From the NCBI RefSeq assembly GCF_000283555.1, contig NC_016012.1:540001-572000 (forward strand): a DNA stretch of 32,000 bases, in the 5' to 3' direction. A program made the position numbers and the translations under genes. Position 1 is the stretch's first letter; the number at the start of each line of letters is the position of its first letter. Of this stretch, positions 26,293-32,000 are shown piece by piece. Source of the stretch: Candidatus Arthromitus sp. SFB-rat-Yit (lineage in GTDB: Bacteria; Bacillota; Clostridia; Clostridiales; Clostridiaceae). A model generated the notes under the pieces. That model had not been told where the DNA came from. It saw nothing but the letters and a program-made list of their open reading frames with translations, and did no database searches.

Positions 26293-27340
26293 TGTAAGTC
26301 AACTTGAGAATAGTACAGATCCAATTCTTACTAGTGAAGAGCGAGATCTTCTTGGTGAAATTGGTAACATTTGTATGGGAAATGCGTCAACAAGTTTTTC
26401 TAAGTTGTTACAAAAGCCTGTTACAATAACTACTCCTACTGTTGAAGTTGTTAATATATCTGATATAGCCAAAGAGTTTATGCAGCCACATATAGCTTTG
26501 AAAGTAAAATACACAAAAGGCATTGATGGGAATAATGTACTTGTTATGAGTATAAGAGATGCTATAATTATTGCGGATCTTATGATGGGCGGAGATGGCA
26601 AAAATGTTGAGGAAAGGAAAATGTTAAATGAAATAGAAATAAGTGCTGTATCTGAGGCGATGAATCAAATGATAGCTTCATCAGCAACTTCTATGTCTAC
26701 TATGTTTCAAAAAAGCATAGATATTTCAACTCCTGAAACAGTTATAAGTTATACTCCTGAAGACAGTGATAAGTTTTTTGGAGATGGAAATGAAAAAATT
26801 ATAAAAATAAAGTTTCAAATGAATGTTACTGATTTGATTAATAGTAATATTGTTCAAGTTCTGAGCTTGGAAACAGGTAAAAATATTATAAATATTATGC
26901 TTAATGATCAAAATGGATTTAAGGAGGGATCAACAGATCACAGGTATGATGATCAGAGCTTAGACAATCAAAATTTGAAAGCAGTTGAGAATTCTTCATA
27001 TACTAAGCCTATTAAGGATTATGATGTAAGTGATGCTGTTTTAATGCCGCTTAGTCAAGGAGCTACACCAGCAAATCCTAACAATATAGATTTAATTTTG
27101 GATGTTCCACTTGAGATTTCTGTTGTTCTTGGAAAAACGAAGAAGAATGTTGGGGAAATTTTGAATTTAGGTACAGGTTCGCTTGTTGAGCTAGAGAAGT
27201 TAGCGGAGGAACCAGTTGATATATTGGTCAATGGAAAGCAAATTGCGACAGGAGAAGTCGTTGTTGTTAATGAAAATTTTGGTGTAAGGATTACAGCAAT
27301 TTTAAGCAATACAGAACGGGTTAAAAACTTAAATTTATAG
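26264..27340 (+). CDS. fliY: Flagellar motor switch phosphatase FliY (CheC-like domain fused to FliN)
   Basis: Two intact E-x2-N-x22-P sites (GEIGNICMGN...TP, SEAMNQMIAS...TP). C-terminal FliN domain: LDVPLEISVVLGKTKKNVGEILNLGTGSLVELEKL. Overlaps fliM by 29 nt. RBS GAGGAGG precedes the start. Confidence 0.9.
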   Translation: MEKENQSQNDVSQLENSTDPILTSEERDLLGEIGNICMGNASTSFSKLLQKPVTITTPTVEVVNISDIAKEFMQPHIALKVKYTKGIDGNNVLVMSIRDAIIIADLMMGGDGKNVEERKMLNEIEISAVSEAMNQMIASSATSMSTMFQKSIDISTPETVISYTPEDSDKFFGDGNEKIIKIKFQMNVTDLINSNIVQVLSLETGKNIINIMLNDQNGFKEGSTDHRYDDQSLDNQNLKAVENSSYTKPIKDYDVSDAVLMPLSQGATPANPNNIDLILDVPLEISVVLGKTKKNVGEILNLGTGSLVELEKLAEEPVDILVNGKQIATGEVVVVNENFGVRITAILSNTERVKNLNL

Positions 27341-27405
27341 ATATTTGGTTTTTAACTTTTTTATATAAAAATTTATATATGTTTATTATATTGGAGGTAA
27401 TAGGT

Positions 27406-27816
27406 TTGAACAAAGAAATTAATGGTATAATTCTTAATCAAATTAAGTTGTTTGATACTTTGCAAAAACATTTAGAAGAGCAAAAAGAATTTATAAAGAA
27501 TAATAAATTGTTTGAACTTGATGGAGTATCTGTGAAAATTAATAATGTTTGTAAGAGCGTTGCGGATGAAGAGGTTAAGCTTAGAAAATTATTAAATAAA
27601 GAATGTATTAAAGATTTTGTTATGAGGAACAAAGATGATAAAGAATTATACGAAAGTTATATACTTCTCGTTTCTTTGGTTGAAAAGCTGAGTTTAATTA
27701 AGGAAGATAATAAATTTCTTATCAAAAAATCGTTGAGCTTTACAAATAAACTATTATCCTCTATTAATAAAAATACAAATCAATCTAATGTTTACACAAG
27801 AAAGCTTAATTATTAA
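27406..27816 (+). CDS. flgN: FlgN-family flagellar chaperone (YvyG-like)
   Basis: It sits directly upstream of flgK. Helical FlgN-like pattern: LFDTLQKHLEEQKEFIKNNKL...EEVKLRKLL. TTG 27406 lies 8 nt after GGAGG and is preferred over the track's ATG 27379. Confidence 0.6.
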   Translation: MNKEINGIILNQIKLFDTLQKHLEEQKEFIKNNKLFELDGVSVKINNVCKSVADEEVKLRKLLNKECIKDFVMRNKDDKELYESYILLVSLVEKLSLIKEDNKFLIKKSLSFTNKLLSSINKNTNQSNVYTRKLNY

Positions 27817-27854
27817 ATTTTAATTATTGTTCATTAGAAAGGGGGAGTTTTATT

Positions 27855-29591
27855 TTGGCAGGTTTGTTTAATACTCTTAATATTTCTAAACGTGGTATAA
27901 ATGTTATGCAGGCAGGTCTTAACGCAACTTCACATAATATTAGCAATGCATCACGAACAGATTATACAAGACAAAGAATAAGAGTTGAAGCGTCCTCACC
28001 ATTAACAACTGTTGGAAGTGCTGGTCAAATTGGAACAGGTGCCCAAGTTGCAATGGTTGAGAGAGTTAGAAACACTTTTTTAGATTATCAAATTAGAAAT
28101 GAAAATTCAGCTCTTGCAGATGCAAATGTTCGTCAAAATGTTTTATCTGAAATAGAAACACTTGTTAACGAAAGTGGTGATAAGGGACTTAGCAAAATGT
28201 TTGATAAATTTTTTGACAGTTGGCAGGATTTATCAAAAAATCCATCTGATATTAATACAAGGAATATTGTTTTGCAAGAGGCGTCTAACATGACAACGGA
28301 GATAAACCGTATTTATTCAAAACTTCAAGAATCAAAGGTCGATGTAAACGATACTATTAAAAATTCGGTTGTTGAGGTTAATTCAATTCTTAATGAAATT
28401 AATGAGCTTAATCAAAAGATACAAGAAATTACTGTAGTTGGAAATCAACCAAATGATTTAATGGATAAGAGAGATGCTCTTCTTGATCAGCTTAGCAGCA
28501 AAATGGGAATAACGATTGAAAATAAAAAAAATAACGGGATCAATGTTAATGGAAAAGATATAGCACTTGGAAATTTAGTGAGCAACAAAGAAGGTCAAAA
28601 CGATTTAAGATTAACATATGTAGAAGAAATTGAGGTAAATGGACAGGGAGGATTTCCTAAAGATGTAACAATAACTTATTATAAAAATAACGATTCAAGC
28701 GATCCCAATAACAGAGCTACACTTGTAATAGAGAACATGAATGAGAAAGATTTTAATGATCTTCAAAAGAATAGAATTGTTTTATCAAATAAAGAAGGAA
28801 ATCTTGTTGATAAAACAGGAACTGAAATTAAAACTCCACAAATTACTTCAACTAATTTCTCATCGCTTACTCTAAGCACTGGAGAGCTTGGTGGCCTCCA
28901 AAAATCCCATAACGAACTCGATTCTTTTATAAATCAATTAAATCAATTGACAAAGTCTATTGTTTTTTCTGTAAATGCTGTTCATAGTGGTAAGACAGAT
29001 GCAACTGCAGATACTTTGCCATTTTTTGTAAGTTCAGAAGGCGGAGATGAAAATTCTATAACTGCGGGGAACATTTCTATAAACAAAACTCTTTTAGATG
29101 ATCCTATGAAGTTAAAAGTAAGAAAGAATGATCATATGTTTGACGATGGTACACAAAATTCAATAGATGGACAAGGTGATGGAGATAGAGCTTTAGCTAT
29201 TGCATCTTTAAGAGATAAGTTGTTTAATATTTCTGATATTGGAAAAACTATTAATAGCAGAGAAGATTTTTTTAATCCGAATAAAGGTGGAAGTGAGCTT
29301 GTAAATAACGGACTTGATATTACTAATGCGAAAAGTGGGGTAAAGATTGAATCGCAATATAAAAATATGGTGACTACTGTTGGCATAAGAGCACAGGAAT
29401 CAGCTAGAGAAGCAGATAATTTTGAGGATCTTGTTTATAATCTTGAAATTTCTAGAATGAGTGTTTCTGGAGTTTCACTCGATGAAGAAATGAGTAGCCT
29501 TATAACTTTTCAACATGCATACAATGCAAGTGCAAGAGTTATCTCAACGGTAGATAAGTTATTGGATGTTATTATAAACGGATTGATGTAA
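27855..29591 (+). CDS. flgK: Flagellar hook-associated protein 1, FlgK
   Basis: N-terminus: GLNATSHNISNASRTDYTRQR. C-terminus: GVSLDEEMSSLITFQHAYNASARVIST. TTG start follows GGGGGAG. Confidence 0.9.
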   Translation: MAGLFNTLNISKRGINVMQAGLNATSHNISNASRTDYTRQRIRVEASSPLTTVGSAGQIGTGAQVAMVERVRNTFLDYQIRNENSALADANVRQNVLSEIETLVNESGDKGLSKMFDKFFDSWQDLSKNPSDINTRNIVLQEASNMTTEINRIYSKLQESKVDVNDTIKNSVVEVNSILNEINELNQKIQEITVVGNQPNDLMDKRDALLDQLSSKMGITIENKKNNGINVNGKDIALGNLVSNKEGQNDLRLTYVEEIEVNGQGGFPKDVTITYYKNNDSSDPNNRATLVIENMNEKDFNDLQKNRIVLSNKEGNLVDKTGTEIKTPQITSTNFSSLTLSTGELGGLQKSHNELDSFINQLNQLTKSIVFSVNAVHSGKTDATADTLPFFVSSEGGDENSITAGNISINKTLLDDPMKLKVRKNDHMFDDGTQNSIDGQGDGDRALAIASLRDKLFNISDIGKTINSREDFFNPNKGGSELVNNGLDITNAKSGVKIESQYKNMVTTVGIRAQESAREADNFEDLVYNLEISRMSVSGVSLDEEMSSLITFQHAYNASARVISTVDKLLDVIINGLM

Positions 29592-29610
29592 TTGATGGGA
29601 GGATAAGAGA

Positions 29611-30582
29611 ATGAGGATTACAAATGGTATGACTAATCGGAATTTCAATTATAACCTTCATAAGAATCTTACAAGAATGAACAAAATAGATAATCAGTTG
29701 AATACAGGTAAGGAAATTAATAAAATTTCAGACGATCCTGCTAAAGCAGCAAAAATTATGCGACTTAAAACTGATATAGCAAAGAATGCACAATACAATA
29801 AAAATATTGTTGATGCAACTAATCACCTTGATGTTACGGATAAAGCTTTGGAACAAGCAAATGATGGACTTCAAAAGATGAGAGAACTTTTGGTTAGTGC
29901 AGGTAATGCAACTTATGGATCAGATGAAAGAGCAGCATTAAAAGAAGAAATATCTCAACTTGTAAATAAAATGGGAGATGTTTTGAATACAACTTTTGAT
30001 GGTAAATATGTATTTGGTGGTGAGAGGATTGATCAAAAGCCGTTAAATATATCAAAAGATCCAGTAAGTGGGAATATTAAGCTTGAGTATAATGGAAAAA
30101 ATGGGCAAGCAATAACTCAAGTTGAATTAGATCAAATTAGACAGCCAATTGAGATGGAAGTTTCTCCTGGAGTAAAAATTGATTATGGAGTTAATGTAAC
30201 TGAAATGATTGAGTTTAAGGATAAGGATGGGAACGATGTTAATCTCATGGAGAGTTTTGAGAAAATTTTGGAAAACTTAGATAATACTGATGAGAATGCC
30301 TATAAAGAGCTTATAACAAAAAATTTGGAACAAATTGATGATGCACTTCAAAATGTTTCAAGAATAAGAGGTCAAATTGGTTCAAAACAAAATCGAATGG
30401 AAGATGCACTCGAGAGAAATGAAGAAGAAAAATTTAATATAAAAGAAATTTTATCGAGTATTGAAGATATAGACTTTGCAGAAAAAACAATTGATTATGT
30501 AACAGCTATGACGATGTATACAGCTTCACTTCAAGCAAGTTCAAAGATAATGCAACCGTCATTGATCGACTATTTAAGATAA
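29611..30582 (+). CDS. flgL: Flagellar hook-associated protein 3, FlgL
   Basis: MRITNGM start, flagellin-like N- and C-terminal helices (RIRGQIGSKQNRME...ASLQASSKIMQPSLIDYL), and its position after flgK. Confidence 0.85.
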   Translation: MRITNGMTNRNFNYNLHKNLTRMNKIDNQLNTGKEINKISDDPAKAAKIMRLKTDIAKNAQYNKNIVDATNHLDVTDKALEQANDGLQKMRELLVSAGNATYGSDERAALKEEISQLVNKMGDVLNTTFDGKYVFGGERIDQKPLNISKDPVSGNIKLEYNGKNGQAITQVELDQIRQPIEMEVSPGVKIDYGVNVTEMIEFKDKDGNDVNLMESFEKILENLDNTDENAYKELITKNLEQIDDALQNVSRIRGQIGSKQNRMEDALERNEEEKFNIKEILSSIEDIDFAEKTIDYVTAMTMYTASLQASSKIMQPSLIDYLR

Positions 30583-30686
30583 ACTTAATTGTATATATTT
30601 TTTAAACAGGATAATAATATTATTAAAAATATTTTTAAAAAGTATTTTGATTTTTTTAATTTTTGAATTTGGGAGGAATTTAATCA

Positions 30687-31094
30687 ATGGGAGAGCAAAT
30701 GGTTTTAAAAAATGGTAGTGTAGTATTTGAAAAAGGGTTACCTGGATTTGATGGGCTTAAAAATTTTGAATTAGTAGCATTGGAGCAGGTTGGATTTTTT
30801 AATTTAAGTTCTTCTGAACAGGAAAATATTTCTCTTCTATTAATTGATCCATATATTTATTTTCCTAATTATGAAATAGAAATTGATGATAGTACAACAG
30901 AAAGATTAAATATAAAAGATGCAAGCGATGTGTTAGTTTTAAGTGTAGTAACATTAAATGATGATGTAGAGAAAATAACTTTGAATTTAAGAGCTCCTAT
31001 AATTGTCAACCTTACTACAGGAAAATGTGAACAAGTAATATTAGATAGAGAAGATTATTTAGTTAGACAATCATTAGTAGTCAAAAGAGGGTGA
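30687..31094 (+). CDS. fliW: Flagellar assembly factor FliW
   Basis: FEKGLPGFDGLKNFELV motif, and gene order directly upstream of csrA. Confidence 0.85.
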   Translation: MGEQMVLKNGSVVFEKGLPGFDGLKNFELVALEQVGFFNLSSSEQENISLLLIDPYIYFPNYEIEIDDSTTERLNIKDASDVLVLSVVTLNDDVEKITLNLRAPIIVNLTTGKCEQVILDREDYLVRQSLVVKRG

Positions 31095-31101
31095 TTTTTA
31101 A

Positions 31102-31326
31102 GTGTTAGTTATTTCACGAAAAAAAGAGGAAAGCTTATTCATTGGAGATGATATTGAGATAAAGATCGTAAAGATTGAAGATAATTGTGTAAAACTTGCA
31201 ATAGAAGCTCCAAGAGAATTAAAGATTTTAAGAAAAGAGCTTATACAAGATATTAGTTCCCAAAATAAGAAATCTATTTCTTCTAATATGATTGACGTTA
31301 TTTCTAAGATTGATAATTTAAAATAG
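31102..31326 (+). CDS. csrA: Carbon storage regulator CsrA (flagellar type, FliW-partnered)
   Basis: MLVISRKKEESLFIGDDIEIKIVKIEDNCVKLAIEAPRELKILRKEL. GTG start follows AGAGGGTGA. Confidence 0.9.
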   Translation: MLVISRKKEESLFIGDDIEIKIVKIEDNCVKLAIEAPRELKILRKELIQDISSQNKKSISSNMIDVISKIDNLK

Positions 31327-31370
31327 GCAGGTTTATGTAATTATTATTTGAAAATAGGTAGGTAATATTT

Positions 31371-31751
31371 ATGTTAAACGCAAGGGATACTTACAAAAAC
31401 AGTAGTATTAACAACGTATCGAAGGAAAAGCTCTTGATTATGTTAGTTGAAGGTGGAGTCAAGTTTTGTAAGATTGCAAAACTTGCCTTTAAAACTAATA
31501 ATTTAAAAGAGATTCATACAAACTTGATTAAAGCTCAAGATATTTTTTATGAGCTTATGATAACCCTAGATACTGAAAAGGGTGGAGTTTGGGCAGAAAA
31601 CTTAAAAAGTATATACGCTTTTATAATAGATAGGCTTTCTAAGTGTAATATTGAGAAGAACGAAGCAATACTTGATGAAGTTTTTCCTGTTGTCCAAGAA
31701 GTAAATGATATGTGGCAAGAGGTTTATAAGAAGGTTTCTAGCTCGAAATAA
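31371..31751 (+). CDS. fliS: Flagellin-specific chaperone FliS
   Basis: 126 aa. FliS pattern: S-KEKLLIMLVEGGVKF...KAQDIFYELMITLDTEKGG..AENLKSIYAFI. Confidence 0.85.
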   Translation: MLNARDTYKNSSINNVSKEKLLIMLVEGGVKFCKIAKLAFKTNNLKEIHTNLIKAQDIFYELMITLDTEKGGVWAENLKSIYAFIIDRLSKCNIEKNEAILDEVFPVVQEVNDMWQEVYKKVSSSK

Positions 31752-31768
31752 TTTTAGGAGGGATATAT

Positions 31769-32000
31769 ATGTCATCGATTCAAATGACTGGTATGGCCTC
31801 TGGTTTGGATACAAAAGCTATTGTAGAAAGTATGCTTCAGACTGAAAAAAGTAAGATCGACCGAATAAATCAAAATAAACAAATACTAGAGTGGAGACAG
31901 GAACTCTATAGGGAAATAATAACAGAAGTTAGGGATTTTTCTAAGAAATATTTTGATCCACTTAATAAAGAAACTTATATAATGGGTTCTGGATCTCTTT
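31769..32000 (+). CDS. fliD: Flagellar filament cap protein FliD, N-terminal fragment (runs off the window)
   Basis: Not in the ORF track because no stop codon is reached. My own translation from ATG 31769 (RBS AGGAGGG at 31756-31762) reads MSSIQMTGMASGLDTKAIVESMLQTEKSKIDRINQNKQ..., which is typical of a FliD N-terminus. Confidence 0.8.
   Translation, partial: MSSIQMTGMASGLDTKAIVESMLQTEKSKIDRINQNKQILEWRQELYREIITEVRDFSKKYFDPLNKETYIMGSGSL

Noticed and set aside
2205-31814. Other antisense or overlapping ORFs in the track (2205-2594, 4282-4503, 4975-5199, 5272-5505, 6169-6351, 6898-7101, 7218-7439, 12203-12400, 12357-12560, 14918-15187, 18460-18765, 23129-23338, 25034-25345, 26299-26601, 26726-26911, 27055-27309, 27438-27632, 29132-29386, 31602-31814)
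   Set aside because: All lie opposite or inside well-supported genes with recognisable families. They lack SD sequences and have the low-complexity composition expected of shadow ORFs in AT-rich DNA.
1-32000. CRISPR arrays, transposases/IS elements, integrases, prophage genes, toxin-antitoxin pairs, known defence systems
   Set aside because: There are no regularly spaced direct repeats, no terminal inverted repeats flanking an ORF, and no ORF with transposase, integrase, nuclease-NTPase or defence signatures. The UvrD-like fragment at the left edge is truncated, so its context cannot be judged.

Overview
AT-rich (about 27-28% GC by eye), low-GC Firmicute (Clostridia-like) chromosomal segment. 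Apart from one clear minus-strand gene and one small disrupted minus-strand locus, all genes are on the + strand. Positions 1-18.9 kb hold housekeeping and accessory genes: the 3' end of a UvrD-like helicase, a class IV (IlvE-type) aminotransferase, an ECF-type sigma/anti-sigma pair flanked by two orphan exported proteins, an APC amino-acid permease, a DUF4214 repeat protein, tRNA 2-selenouridine synthase, a secreted beta-propeller-like protein, a beta-CASP/MBL nuclease, pyruvate:ferredoxin oxidoreductase, a GH3 NagZ-like hydrolase, a Myb/RsfA-like regulator, DUF1450, DUF1292, a HAD-IB hydrolase and a second class IV aminotransferase. Positions 18.9-32 kb are one tightly packed chemotaxis/flagellar block: cheW-cheD-cheB-cheR-cheA-cheC-cheY-cheW-fliM-fliY-flgN-flgK-flgL-fliW-csrA-fliS-fliD, with fliD running off the right edge. 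I found no rRNA, tRNA, CRISPR array, transposase, integrase or recognisable defence system. I cannot point to a convincing novel multi-gene system. The best candidates for something undescribed are at 1.6-4.2 kb: a frameshift-split small secreted-protein gene, the ECF sigma/anti-sigma pair, a two-block motif shared between the sigma promoter region and the upstream region of a Tyr/Asp-repeat membrane protein, and a structured 467-bp intergenic region. Other points of interest are a CheB whose receiver domain lacks the phospho-acceptor Asp, a possible ATT-initiated selU, and a FliW-CsrA pair with no adjacent flagellin gene.
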